DNA of 64,000 nucleotides, taken from Escherichia phage vB_Ec-M-J. How positions within the stretch are numbered: position 1 is the first letter of the stretch; each line of letters begins with the position of its first letter. This document shows positions 19,909 to 29,296 of this stretch, in pieces. The stretch lies in sequence record OQ718158.1; one strand, written 5' to 3'. The translations under genes and the position numbers were made by a program. The notes under the pieces are model-generated. The model was not told the DNA's origin. It was given only the letters and a program-made list of their open reading frames with translations, and ran no database searches.

Positions 19909-20240
19909 GCAAAGACAGCAAAGAATTTATAGTACGTTGTAGTTGTGGCGATAATACGGAACATTGTGTTCACATTTCACAATTTGACTTGACACAAGAA
20001 CATGGAGATGATAAACTTGGTCAATGTCTGGTGAGTATGCGTTTGAATCCTTTCTTAAAATGGTACAAACGTGTATGGGTTGCATTGAAGTATATTTTCG
20101 GCGTAAACGACTTTCAATACAAAGAAGCAATGATTGATGTTGACATTCTGAAAGAAGTTGTGTTACAATTAGAAGATACCCGCTCTGATGAGGTAAAGAA
20201 AGAAGAAAGAGATAAACGTAGTGATGTGAAGGTTTTATGA
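19905..20240 (+). CDS. hypothetical protein (111 aa)
   Basis: ATGA-coupled. Confidence 0.6.
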   Translation: MSKDSKEFIVRCSCGDNTEHCVHISQFDLTQEHGDDKLGQCLVSMRLNPFLKWYKRVWVALKYIFGVNDFQYKEAMIDVDILKEVVLQLEDTRSDEVKKEERDKRSDVKVL

Positions 20241-20431
20241 GTACTGAACTTTATGAAAAAAAGTACTGTACAAATTGTTCAACCGAGTATACAATACAGG
20301 GTATGTTGATTTGTACAATATGCCAATCAAAACAGTCTGCCACTTTTATCGTTGATGATAGATTTGGTGATTTAAAACAGTTTAAAGCAAACCGTAATCT
20401 TCGTAACTTTAGCAATCTATATAAGGAATAA
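20237..20431 (+). CDS. small zinc-ribbon-like protein (64 aa)
   Basis: CTNCSTEY...CTICQSKQ. Confidence 0.55.
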   Translation: MSTELYEKKYCTNCSTEYTIQGMLICTICQSKQSATFIVDDRFGDLKQFKANRNLRNFSNLYKE

Positions 20432-20434
20432 CAC

Positions 20435-20863
20435 ATGAATATCGAACAAACTATCCGTAACCACTCTTTCTTCGCTGCTGAAACTGGTCGTGTAATCGAG
20501 AGCGTCAAAATTGAAGAACTGATGATTAACGTTAAATATAAAGAACTGAATGATGAGATTAGCAGCACCATTTGTGCACTACGTGCTCCATTCCGTTCTG
20601 AAGCAGCTAAGAAACCTGCCTATGTACTGGCGATTGCATTGGGTTGTGTAGTGAAATTGGTCGTTGATGAAAATCAACTAAATATCAAAGTTGCTCCAAC
20701 CAACGATGAAGAAAACATCGACCTGAACTTTGAAGGTAATCTGGCTGAAGACGTATTCTTCCAACAATCACTGGTTTATGATTTCCGTACCGTAACTCAT
20801 GACCATATCAACTTTGTCAATGAGATGGTTGACATTGTAGCTGAATACGAAGCTTCCCTATAA
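20435..20863 (+). CDS. FQxS-motif family protein (142 aa)
   Basis: C-proximal NLAEDVFFQQSLVYD; SD aaggaa. Confidence 0.7.
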   Translation: MNIEQTIRNHSFFAAETGRVIESVKIEELMINVKYKELNDEISSTICALRAPFRSEAAKKPAYVLAIALGCVVKLVVDENQLNIKVAPTNDEENIDLNFEGNLAEDVFFQQSLVYDFRTVTHDHINFVNEMVDIVAEYEASL

Positions 20864-20875
20864 TTAGATTAACAA

Positions 20876-20899
20876 AAGCCTCCGTAATGGGGGCTTTTT
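20876..20899 (+). terminator. Rho-independent terminator
   Basis: gcctcc gtaat gggggc then ttttt. Confidence 0.6.
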
Positions 20900-20919
20900 C
20901 CAACATAAGGATATGTATA

Positions 20920-21471
20920 ATGATTGACCAAATTAAAATCCTAACTGAACAAATCACTGATTTTCTAGCAGATAAAGATGGATTCAGTACTGAAGTTAAA
21001 ATGCATGGTGTTAGTCTCGATGTAACTGCACCAAATGGCGAAACAACCAATTATGATATGTATGAAATCCTACTTTATACATTGGCTGTTCGTAAACTTG
21101 GTAGTGATATTGAACTAAACATTAACAAAACCGAGAACGGTGACCAAGTGTTTGCAATCAACACTGGTGCACAAATGGACGTAGTAGCTGAAATCAACAA
21201 GATCAACCAATCTTTTGTGGGTTTCAAGCATGATACAATCCAATCTGTGTTCCTGGGTAAACAAACCGGAAACAGCCACTGTCCTTATTGTGTAATGACA
21301 ACCTATAAGAATGGTAACTGGATGCGTCAGGATCTAGTACTTGCTGAAATGCTTTATGCAATCACACACGGCCTAGAACTTGAACTTGATGATAGCGTGT
21401 ACTGTTTCAAGAAAATCCGTAAACTTTCTGGTGATATACAAGCTCAATTAAAAGAATTAAATGATAAATAA
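20920..21471 (+). CDS. hypothetical protein (183 aa)
   Basis: ORF-track ATG 20887 lies inside terminator hairpin; ATG 20920 has SD taagga 9 nt upstream. Confidence 0.65.
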   Translation: MIDQIKILTEQITDFLADKDGFSTEVKMHGVSLDVTAPNGETTNYDMYEILLYTLAVRKLGSDIELNINKTENGDQVFAINTGAQMDVVAEINKINQSFVGFKHDTIQSVFLGKQTGNSHCPYCVMTTYKNGNWMRQDLVLAEMLYAITHGLELELDDSVYCFKKIRKLSGDIQAQLKELNDK

Positions 21472-21582
21472 TTATACCAGTAATGGTTAACATTATCATG
21501 TTACTTTCCTCCCTTACATAATAATGATGCGTTATTATTTTATTGTATTATTCCCCTTTTTGTACAAAATCTTTTTCGTACT

Positions 21583-21605
21583 GCCCCGACCTTCGGGGCA
21601 TTTTT
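21583..21605 (+). terminator. Rho-independent terminator
   Basis: gcccc...ggggc hairpin then ttttt. Confidence 0.65.
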
Positions 21606-21627
21606 CTTGTCTAAATTTTGAGGTTCT

Positions 21628-22023
21628 ATGAATAATACTATTGGTAGTACAATATCTAAACCACTCTCTTATTACCTTGAAAAATTCAGAAGTACAAATG
21701 GTAAAAAATTTAATGGTATATACCAATTCTCACATAAAGAATATATTACAGTTGATTGTTATTCAAATAAACTTATGTACGTAGATGATACTGAATACTG
21801 TATGAAATTGTCATTGGATGTAGAATTAGATAAGTTAACATTTATTGAATATACATCCAAAAGAACATCATTTCTTGGGAAATGTAATCGAAAAGTATAT
21901 AAAAATATTTCAATGTACTTAAATGAAGATTACCACTTCCAACAAACAACGATTGAAGATGTTCTATTCAGTACTGAAGAATTGAAAGAACTATATTATT
22001 GGTATAAGAAATTTACAACTTGA
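21628..22023 (+). CDS. FQxS-motif family protein (131 aa)
   Basis: NEDYHFQQTTIED. Confidence 0.7.
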   Translation: MNNTIGSTISKPLSYYLEKFRSTNGKKFNGIYQFSHKEYITVDCYSNKLMYVDDTEYCMKLSLDVELDKLTFIEYTSKRTSFLGKCNRKVYKNISMYLNEDYHFQQTTIEDVLFSTEELKELYYWYKKFTT

Positions 22024-22078
22024 CATTATCGTGGATTTATCCTACACTGTAAGATAATGATGAATAGAGGATAAATTT

Positions 22079-22489
22079 ATGAGTTTAGATTTACACAATG
22101 AACTAAAATATTATTTCGATTTGGATATATCACATTTGAACCAACACGTCAATTATATGACTAGTACTATTTGGTGGTCTGATGAGTTTGATGAACCAAA
22201 AATCCAACTTTGTGGTGATTTGTCCGTTTTGAGGTTGTATGCCCTTGATTCGGAAATGAATATCAAGATCACATACATACCATACACAAACAAACTTATT
22301 GTAAACACCCTAAACCCAGTTACAGTATTGAAAATTTCTGATTTGGACACGATACAGTCAGATGAATCACTATTCCAACGTTCTTTGATTGATGATATGG
22401 GTGGTATTTTATATGAAGATATTGTACAATTGAAGAAGATGTATAGTGAATTGTTAGAAATTAAAAACACAGTAATTGTGGGGAGTTGA
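22079..22489 (+). CDS. FQxS-motif family protein (136 aa)
   Basis: SDESLFQRSLIDD. Confidence 0.7.
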   Translation: MSLDLHNELKYYFDLDISHLNQHVNYMTSTIWWSDEFDEPKIQLCGDLSVLRLYALDSEMNIKITYIPYTNKLIVNTLNPVTVLKISDLDTIQSDESLFQRSLIDDMGGILYEDIVQLKKMYSELLEIKNTVIVGS

Positions 22490-22490
22490 T

Positions 22491-22895
22491 ATGGTAAGTT
22501 TACTTGATATTGATAATACCAGTCTAGTACTGGCAAAAAAAGGTGTAATTCCCAATTCTACAAAAATTGATTATGCAGTTATTGAAACAAATATTGGAAA
22601 TATCTGGTATGACTCCGAAAGGGATATTGTGATTAGCTGCGTAGACAGTGACCGTGCTGAGTGTTGTAGGGTTGGTCATGACGGGCAATTTATTTTCGAA
22701 TTCCGTTACTGGAAAGATGCTAAATTCCATCATGAGCATGTTTCAATTACAGGTGTGTATTGCACCGAAGAATCGTTCTTCATGGATAGTACTGTTAATG
22801 ATTTTGGTTCAGTTACATTTGAGTACTATAAAAAAGTATACAACGTATCCAGAGAAGTAATGCGAATCATCAGAAATGCTGAGGGCCAAGATTAA
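22491..22895 (+). CDS. FQxS-motif family protein, FM variant (134 aa)
   Basis: TEESFFMDSTVND; ORF-track TTG start replaced by ATG 22491 with SD ggggag. Confidence 0.7.
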   Translation: MVSLLDIDNTSLVLAKKGVIPNSTKIDYAVIETNIGNIWYDSERDIVISCVDSDRAECCRVGHDGQFIFEFRYWKDAKFHHEHVSITGVYCTEESFFMDSTVNDFGSVTFEYYKKVYNVSREVMRIIRNAEGQD

Positions 22896-22896
22896 C

Positions 22897-23271
22897 ATGA
22901 CTACTATATATGACATTCTAGGTGACTTGAATAAAAATATAGATAATGATTTTGTTATTGTTGGAACTACACAAAATATAATCCATCTTCCATTGGGTAC
23001 ACCAGATAGGTTAATTTTTAATATATACGGAAAAACACTGACATACCTACACAATGGTATGGTTATATTGGTACTTGATATTAAAGAAAATACAATACGA
23101 TATGCATATGACTTCAACGATTATTGGTCAAGAACCCATAGTATTGATATTGAGGAAGATGAACTATTTCAATTGTCGTTAATCGAGAAAAATGTAATAG
23201 GAGTTACCGAAATTGGCATTGTTAAAAAAGCATTAGAATATGTAAATAGCAAATTAAATGGTGAGCTATGA
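22897..23271 (+). CDS. FQxS-motif family protein (124 aa)
   Basis: EEDELFQLSLIEKN; start could instead be ATG 22876. Confidence 0.65.
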   Translation: MTTIYDILGDLNKNIDNDFVIVGTTQNIIHLPLGTPDRLIFNIYGKTLTYLHNGMVILVLDIKENTIRYAYDFNDYWSRTHSIDIEEDELFQLSLIEKNVIGVTEIGIVKKALEYVNSKLNGEL

Positions 23272-23723
23272 TGAAAATTGATGAAATAAAAAATCATTTT
23301 GAAATTGCATTGTCTTGTAAATTTGATGGCTCTTATGTTCCTGATCCAGAAGAGATAATTAGAATTTCCACATCGTTTTCGGAAGAGTACAATGTTCTTA
23401 TTGAGAAAACATATGACAGTACTGAACTCGCATTTTACAATAAGAATTCACGAACAACAACATTTATATTATTATATAACACAACATCGGATATAATAGA
23501 AATTATAACATGTAAAACAAGCAAAGATATACATTATGAGACTATCTCAAATGTGAGTTATTGCTCAACTGAAGAAGGATACTTTCAGGAATCTCTTATT
23601 AAAAATTTAACAGTTAGTTATTCTGATTTAAGCACTATAATCAATTGTGTTGAAAAGCTAAATGATTTCGTTCTATCTATGTTTGATATCACAGAGCAAA
23701 ACCCGAAGGTAATCAAATGCTAA
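23268..23723 (+). CDS. FQxS-motif family protein (151 aa)
   Basis: TEEGYFQESLIKN. Confidence 0.7.
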   Translation: MMKIDEIKNHFEIALSCKFDGSYVPDPEEIIRISTSFSEEYNVLIEKTYDSTELAFYNKNSRTTTFILLYNTTSDIIEIITCKTSKDIHYETISNVSYCSTEEGYFQESLIKNLTVSYSDLSTIINCVEKLNDFVLSMFDITEQNPKVIKC

Positions 23724-24172
23724 ATCCAGGACAGTTTTTTCATTTACTTGGTATTACACCTATACCGGATTTAATCAGTGAAGCGAATCAATATCGTGAT
23801 ATAGGAATTGTATCTATGGAATACGATTCACCTGACTTTAAATGTTACGTAACATATGATTTGGTAGCCTATGAGTCAGAAACTGAGATAAAAAAACCAT
23901 CATACATTTTTGTGTTCATATATAATGATTATAGTGGTGATCTACTCAATGATGTTCATATTGACACATTTGAAATATGTGATAATATTATAACAGATGA
24001 TTCATCATGTACATTTGATTTATCAGAAAACAGTACTGAAGAGGCACTTTTTCAGTTGAGTACTGTTAGTGACACTGTACTAACTCTTGATGACATTGAG
24101 AAATTTAAAGAACAGCTTGACGCAGTACGTGAGATGTTCTATAATCATTATCCAGAAATCGAGTTCAATTAA
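23717..24172 (+). CDS. FQxS-motif family protein (151 aa)
   Basis: TEEALFQLSTVSD. Confidence 0.7.
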   Translation: MLNPGQFFHLLGITPIPDLISEANQYRDIGIVSMEYDSPDFKCYVTYDLVAYESETEIKKPSYIFVFIYNDYSGDLLNDVHIDTFEICDNIITDDSSCTFDLSENSTEEALFQLSTVSDTVLTLDDIEKFKEQLDAVREMFYNHYPEIEFN

Positions 24173-24186
24173 CTAAAGGTATCAAA

Positions 24187-24447
24187 ATGACTAAAGTAGT
24201 TCGTAAACGCCACATGATGAACATGGATGAATTTCGCACCTTTGACAAATACCGTACTATGTTTCGTATGCTGTCACAGGGCCGTCCAATCGTCATTGTA
24301 ACGGAGAATTACATGTCACCTGAGATGATGTTCGGTAATTATGAAAAGGTCTTCATGTTGTACGTGAAGCGTGAATTGCTAACGATTAAGACCTTAGCTG
24401 AAGCTACAGATGAAGATATGGATGGTGATAATACATTTACCATGTGA
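24187..24447 (+). CDS. hypothetical protein (86 aa)
   Basis: ORF with SD. Confidence 0.6.
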   Translation: MTKVVRKRHMMNMDEFRTFDKYRTMFRMLSQGRPIVIVTENYMSPEMMFGNYEKVFMLYVKRELLTIKTLAEATDEDMDGDNTFTM

Positions 24448-24455
24448 GGAAATAT

Positions 24456-24533
24456 ATGGCAGAAAAACCAAAAGAACCATTGGACCGTGATGATGATTTT
24501 TACGACGAACGATATGGGGAATCAGATGAGTGA
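24456..24533 (+). CDS. very small acidic ORF (25 aa), not in ORF track
   Basis: ATG with SD tgagga 6 nt upstream; overlaps next start by 8 nt. Confidence 0.3.
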   Translation: MAEKPKEPLDRDDDFYDERYGESDE

Positions 24534-24777
24534 ACATCGTGCAGTACTTAAAAAGATTTTAAATGAACTTGGTGATGAGTTTAATGTTACTGAAGAAGAA
24601 TATCAATGTTGGAAGAAGGATTTTGAACTCCTTGCTGAGTATGATAAAGTCTTCAATATGATTGGTGTCATTAGCCAGTACTTACTTGGTGGTGGTCGAG
24701 CCAGTGCTTCAATTCTTGCATCTGCGATCATCTGTACTTCTCGATGGTGCGATGAAAAAAGTCTGGAAGATTTCTAA
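24526..24777 (+). CDS. hypothetical protein (83 aa)
   Basis: ORF-track GTG 24487 replaced by ATG 24526 (SD gggga). Confidence 0.55.
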   Translation: MSEHRAVLKKILNELGDEFNVTEEEYQCWKKDFELLAEYDKVFNMIGVISQYLLGGGRASASILASAIICTSRWCDEKSLEDF

Positions 24778-24829
24778 ATAAGATGCTATAATGTATTATA
24801 GTACCTTAACAATATAAAAAGGATTTTAT

Positions 24830-25690
24830 ATGAAACCTATCAGAGTACTGTCACTTTTTAATGGAATGAGCGTTGGATATATGGCATTGGCAGATGCAGG
24901 TATTCCAGTTGAAAAATATTACTCATCTGAAATTGACAAGTACGCAATTGCTGAATCTTCCGAGAATTTTCCTGATATTATCCAGTTAGGTGATGTGACT
25001 AAGTGGAAAGAATGGGATATTGAGTGGGATAAGATAGATTTACTCATGGGAGGATTCCCATGTCAAGCCTGGTCTGTTGCTGGTAAGCAAGGTGGCTTGA
25101 ATGATATACGTGGACAGTTATTTTTGGTTATGGTTGACATTTTTGAGCACATCAAAAGTGTAAATCCAAACTTGCAATTTCTGTTCGAGAATGTTAAAAT
25201 GAAGGAAGATTTCAAAGAATACATTAATAGTATTTTAGGAATCACACCAGTACTGATAAATTCCCAGCATTATACGCCTCACTTCAGGCAGAGATACTAC
25301 TGGTGCAGTACTGATAAGCTTTTTATACCACCTGCATTATCAAATGCCCCTAAACTTCAAGATATCATTGAAGATGGTTGGTACACTGACAGAACCGCTT
25401 CGTACTGTATAGATGCTAACTATTTTAAGGGTGGTGATTGTAACCAGTACTTTAATAAATCAAGACGACAGTTGGTGTTTCGTGACCCAACGATTAATCG
25501 TCAATATCTATTGGAGAATGGTAAAAGAAATATTGACTATAGACACTTAAGTGTAGTAGAATGTTGTAAATTACAGGGTATTCCTGTAGATTTCTTTAAA
25601 GTGTCTAGTAAGACACAAGCATACAAAATGCTTGGAAATGGATGGACTATGCCAGTTATATCACACTTACTAAGAGAGATATTCTTTTGA
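24830..25690 (+). CDS. DNA (cytosine-5) methyltransferase, 286 aa, orphan
   Basis: Motif I LFNGMSVG, motif IV GFPCQAWS, motif VI LFENVK, C-terminal KMLGNGWTMPV; no adjacent restriction gene. Confidence 0.85.
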   Translation: MKPIRVLSLFNGMSVGYMALADAGIPVEKYYSSEIDKYAIAESSENFPDIIQLGDVTKWKEWDIEWDKIDLLMGGFPCQAWSVAGKQGGLNDIRGQLFLVMVDIFEHIKSVNPNLQFLFENVKMKEDFKEYINSILGITPVLINSQHYTPHFRQRYYWCSTDKLFIPPALSNAPKLQDIIEDGWYTDRTASYCIDANYFKGGDCNQYFNKSRRQLVFRDPTINRQYLLENGKRNIDYRHLSVVECCKLQGIPVDFFKVSSKTQAYKMLGNGWTMPVISHLLREIFF

Positions 25691-25692
25691 AC

Positions 25693-26172
25693 ATGAAGAA
25701 CTACCCCACCTATACTGAACGTGTAATGAAATTTCAACGTCAGTCATCAAAGGAAGAATTAGAATTTAATTTGTACTATCCTAATATTGGTGATGAGGTA
25801 TTCTATTGTTCTCATACAAAGAATGGAACTTTACTTAAATCTGGTAAAGGTATTATTGTTGATATGATTAGCACTTTCAAAGGTAAACTTAATGTAATGT
25901 ACAAAGTACAAGATTCAAGTACTGAGTGCATTCATGAAGTGATGCATAATATACCTGCATATCCAAAGGATTTTGTTGAGCTAATATCTCGAAGGGAGAA
26001 ACCTATGTTTTATTGTGGTTATGACAAACTAACCAAACAAATTATTCCTAATACTATGGGAAAATTTAAAAGTGATGTTAAAACTGAACTTAATAAGAAA
26101 TTAGGTTCATCATGGGAAACTGAAAACGAATTCATCGAAATTCGTTTGATTGAAGTTACTATACTCGATTAA
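25693..26172 (+). CDS. hypothetical protein (159 aa)
   Basis: First ATG after MTase stop, in frame with ORF-track 25642. Confidence 0.6.
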   Translation: MKNYPTYTERVMKFQRQSSKEELEFNLYYPNIGDEVFYCSHTKNGTLLKSGKGIIVDMISTFKGKLNVMYKVQDSSTECIHEVMHNIPAYPKDFVELISRREKPMFYCGYDKLTKQIIPNTMGKFKSDVKTELNKKLGSSWETENEFIEIRLIEVTILD

Positions 26173-26178
26173 TTACAG

Positions 26179-26201
26179 ATCCACGCTATGCGTGGATTTT
26201 T
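26179..26201 (+). terminator. Rho-independent terminator
   Basis: atccacgc tat gcgtggat then tttt. Confidence 0.7.
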
Positions 26202-26216
26202 CATAGGTGCATATAT

Positions 26217-26729
26217 ATGACAGTTCCTTATGTTAAAATTATTAATAATATCCTTGATTCGTGGGAAGATGTTATTACTGGTAAAAAGAAACCAATGCCA
26301 GTATACGCACTAACCGGAAGACTACAATTCAGAATGTCAAACCAAACTGAAACTTTTAATAATCATGATGTTCACATTACTATAACACCTGTACGTATTG
26401 TAATTAAAAAAAATCAAGATGATGAATTGACATTATCTATTGGTAGTGATAAAATCATTTTAAGTAATTTATCCGAAGAAGAATTCTTTCAACGTAGTAC
26501 TATCATCGATATGAAAGATTTCACATATGAATCATTGGTTGAAGTCAATGCACGTTTCAACGATATTCAGGAACGATTGCGACCAATCCTCCGCAAAGAA
26601 GAAGAAGCATGGAATGAAAGTGTGAGAAAAATGCAAGAAATGTTGAAAGAAAATATTAACAATCTGGGTAAAGCTACAATGGAATTTGGTAAATCTTTTA
26701 AACTGAACTTTTCAAAGGATCGTAAATGA
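26217..26729 (+). CDS. FQxS-motif family protein (170 aa)
   Basis: SEEEFFQRSTIID. Confidence 0.7.
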   Translation: MTVPYVKIINNILDSWEDVITGKKKPMPVYALTGRLQFRMSNQTETFNNHDVHITITPVRIVIKKNQDDELTLSIGSDKIILSNLSEEEFFQRSTIIDMKDFTYESLVEVNARFNDIQERLRPILRKEEEAWNESVRKMQEMLKENINNLGKATMEFGKSFKLNFSKDRK

Positions 26730-27181
26730 AAATTGATAATTTGATTCATGTCTTAGGGACTTTACATAAAATATTATTACATCTTAACGAGATGAATAAA
26801 CTAGGTTATAATGTCCATAATGTATTTGAACCTACATTTAAATATAACTCAATCACTGGAGATGGTAATTACATAATCGAATATACATATGAAACCGATC
26901 CAGACTTCTATCCTCTTACGTTGCGAATTTATCCAACAAGTCCGATAGGCATTCACGATATATCATCAATTTCACTTGATCCAGATGGTGAAACGAGTAT
27001 TGAATACAATAATGATTCAAAACCAGAATTTTACATTGATGATATTAAAAAGTTGTTCAATGATGAATATGTTTTCCAACAAAGTACTGTGCATGATGTT
27101 GGTAGTACTAATGGGCAATTTTGGAATACATGTTATTATCATATGATTGAAATTTGTAAATTACTAAAAGGTGTTGAATAA
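26726..27181 (+). CDS. FQxS-motif family protein (151 aa)
   Basis: NDEYVFQQSTVHD. Confidence 0.7.
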   Translation: MKIDNLIHVLGTLHKILLHLNEMNKLGYNVHNVFEPTFKYNSITGDGNYIIEYTYETDPDFYPLTLRIYPTSPIGIHDISSISLDPDGETSIEYNNDSKPEFYIDDIKKLFNDEYVFQQSTVHDVGSTNGQFWNTCYYHMIEICKLLKGVE

Positions 27182-27564
27182 TGAAATACTGCATTGAAGT
27201 ACATTACACTACAGGTGATACTGAAAATTGTTATGACGTTCTTAATACAATTGATATTCAATGGTCTTCTAAAGAGGAAGCAGTTGCTGCTTTACAGTGC
27301 CTAAAAGAGCATTGGGTGTTTTATATGAAGCAAGATAATTGCTATACAAAAGAACACGAAACCATCGTCGAAAATGCTAAACAAAAAGAGTGGTTTGACC
27401 CAATATCACCAGCATATTCATTCTTGGTTAAAGTTGGTGATGTGACAGTTCCATTACGAACACCGTGGAACGGCTACTTTGAAACTCTTCATAATGCACG
27501 AGTTGTCGCTGTTGATAACCCTGAACAAATCGATTTCGATTCATTGGACTGGAAAAAACTATGA
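27181..27564 (+). CDS. hypothetical protein (127 aa)
   Basis: ATGA-coupled ORF; no family motif. Confidence 0.65.
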   Translation: MKYCIEVHYTTGDTENCYDVLNTIDIQWSSKEEAVAALQCLKEHWVFYMKQDNCYTKEHETIVENAKQKEWFDPISPAYSFLVKVGDVTVPLRTPWNGYFETLHNARVVAVDNPEQIDFDSLDWKKL

Positions 27565-28004
27565 CAGTACTGCACCGATTGAAGAAGGTTAAGCATCCAG
27601 TTGTATATGAGGACTGGAAACGACAGAAGTTGCTGGGTGATTTTTATTACCCAAAATCTAAAGTTCTTGCGAATTCAAGATGTACATATTGCACACATAA
27701 TCATAAAGATACAGTATTTGTTGAAATGGGTTTCCATCCATCAAACACAATGTTCACTACTAACCAAACGTTTTACAAATTTCATATACAAAAAGATTCA
27801 TTTACTGTTATGATTATAAAACATTTAGTTGAAGATCTGGCATTCAGTGAAGAACGAGTACCTTTATCATTAGTGGATATTCCTTATAATAATTTAGAGG
27901 AAATGTACTTCCAACAGTTGACAGTACAAGAAAACTTTGGTATGATAGGACTTCAAGAGTTAGAGATGATTAAGCAAATTCGTGATATCTACTTTAAGGA
28001 GTAA
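27561..28004 (+). CDS. FQxS-motif family protein (147 aa)
   Basis: LEEMYFQQLTVQE. Confidence 0.7.
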   Translation: MTVLHRLKKVKHPVVYEDWKRQKLLGDFYYPKSKVLANSRCTYCTHNHKDTVFVEMGFHPSNTMFTTNQTFYKFHIQKDSFTVMIIKHLVEDLAFSEERVPLSLVDIPYNNLEEMYFQQLTVQENFGMIGLQELEMIKQIRDIYFKE

Positions 28005-28006
28005 CT

Positions 28007-28150
28007 ATGCCAGTACGTAACAGTACTTCACGCTTTACGCTTCAACAGAAAGCAGATCTTTTGAATATGGCAAACAAAGATTCTAATTTTCACTATCTAG
28101 TACTCGGTGGTTCAGTTGAAAAGATTGACCTACGTGAGTGTATGAAATAA
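28007..28150 (+). CDS. small ORF (47 aa), not in ORF track
   Basis: ATG with strong SD aaggag 7 nt upstream. Confidence 0.45.
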   Translation: MPVRNSTSRFTLQQKADLLNMANKDSNFHYLVLGGSVEKIDLRECMK

Positions 28151-28166
28151 CAAAAAGGGGACTAAA

Positions 28167-28337
28167 ATGAGTCTACGTGAATCATGGGAACAATTTAAAG
28201 AAGAGATTGGTTATCGTGGTGTCAAAATCGAACCAATCAATCGCACCGAAAGCATCAAAGCTAGTACTAATGGCACTACCTATGATCGTTATGATGAAAA
28301 GTATGGTTTACATTCTAAACCAAAGGATACTGAGTAA
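28167..28337 (+). CDS. small ORF (56 aa), not in ORF track
   Basis: ATG with SD aagggga. Confidence 0.35.
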   Translation: MSLRESWEQFKEEIGYRGVKIEPINRTESIKASTNGTTYDRYDEKYGLHSKPKDTE

Positions 28338-28480
28338 TGGTGTATACTAATATTTTTACTGGTATTATGCGTAAGTTTGTTAATGGTATTGGATATGTAT
28401 CCAATGACAACGGTAGTACATGGGTAAAAAATAATACGTCAGAATCTTTAGTGAAAAGTCTTCCGTATTATAAAGCTTGA
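28337..28480 (+). CDS. small ORF (47 aa), not in ORF track
   Basis: Start overlaps upstream stop (TAATG). Confidence 0.3.
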   Translation: MVYTNIFTGIMRKFVNGIGYVSNDNGSTWVKNNTSESLVKSLPYYKA

Positions 28481-28505
28481 CACATGAAAATGGAGTATGT
28501 ATAAT
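28477..28505 (+). promoter_or_regulatory. sigma70-type promoter (TTGACA-17-TATAAT)
   Basis: -10 flanked by inverted repeat ggagtat/atactcc. Confidence 0.55.
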
Positions 28506-28537
28506 ACTCCTATATTAATCAAATGAGGATATACGAA

Positions 28538-29110
28538 ATGGCTGGTGTTGATAAAATTTGTGAATTCAGTGGCGATTATGAAGGTTACGAAATGTACAAG
28601 TCCAAGCGTAATCACATTCAAGTTCTGTCAAAGTACCGTAAAGAATTCCGAGGACACAAAGCAACATTGTATGTTTTTGAGAATGGATATTCTGAAGTTT
28701 TCACAAGTGGTGGGTATAGTACAGCTAACATGGCACATATCAACCCAAACCCAACTGAAGATGATTGGAATAGTGGTAACGCTTTTCGTATTTCAATTTT
28801 GAATAAAATGAATCGTTACGACCGTTATTGTACATTCTTTGAAAATATTTCAGAATACAAGCAAGCATTAAAGAAATATAATCAACGCTTACTAATGAAT
28901 TATGATTACATTCTTCATGTTCCTACTGTTCCAGGTCAGGTTAATGGTCTGTATACGAACAGTACACATGATTTAACTGCGGTGAAGCGTCGCCTCAAAC
29001 GTATGTTGGGTTGTGGTAATTTAACAATCAAGGTTATGCGTAATGAATCAATGTATAACTTTTTAAATGTACTACACTACACATTGAAGGATAATAATGG
29101 AAACGATTAA
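28538..29110 (+). CDS. hypothetical protein (190 aa)
   Basis: ATG 28538 with SD gaggat 7 nt upstream. Confidence 0.65.
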   Translation: MAGVDKICEFSGDYEGYEMYKSKRNHIQVLSKYRKEFRGHKATLYVFENGYSEVFTSGGYSTANMAHINPNPTEDDWNSGNAFRISILNKMNRYDRYCTFFENISEYKQALKKYNQRLLMNYDYILHVPTVPGQVNGLYTNSTHDLTAVKRRLKRMLGCGNLTIKVMRNESMYNFLNVLHYTLKDNNGND

Positions 29111-29294
29111 GTTTATGTTTGAGGTGTTTGTTGCATTCATCTTATGTGCTGTATCTATTGCTATTGCTTTAATCCCAGTAATCGTTTACCAAGTTAATGG
29201 TGGTACAGACCCAACAGTTGATCTGTTTCTTCGTTGCGTGGGATTCTGCATATGGTTGGCGATGTTTATGTACTATATGCATCGTGAGGATTGA
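29097..29294 (+). CDS. small membrane protein (65 aa)
   Basis: Two hydrophobic segments. Confidence 0.5.
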   Translation: METIKFMFEVFVAFILCAVSIAIALIPVIVYQVNGGTDPTVDLFLRCVGFCIWLAMFMYYMHRED

Positions 29295-29296
29295 TT

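Noticed and set aside
20913-20918. TATAAT hexamer just upstream of the 20920 gene as a promoter
   Set aside because: It overlaps the start codon and has no -35 partner; the hexamer lies between SD and ATG.
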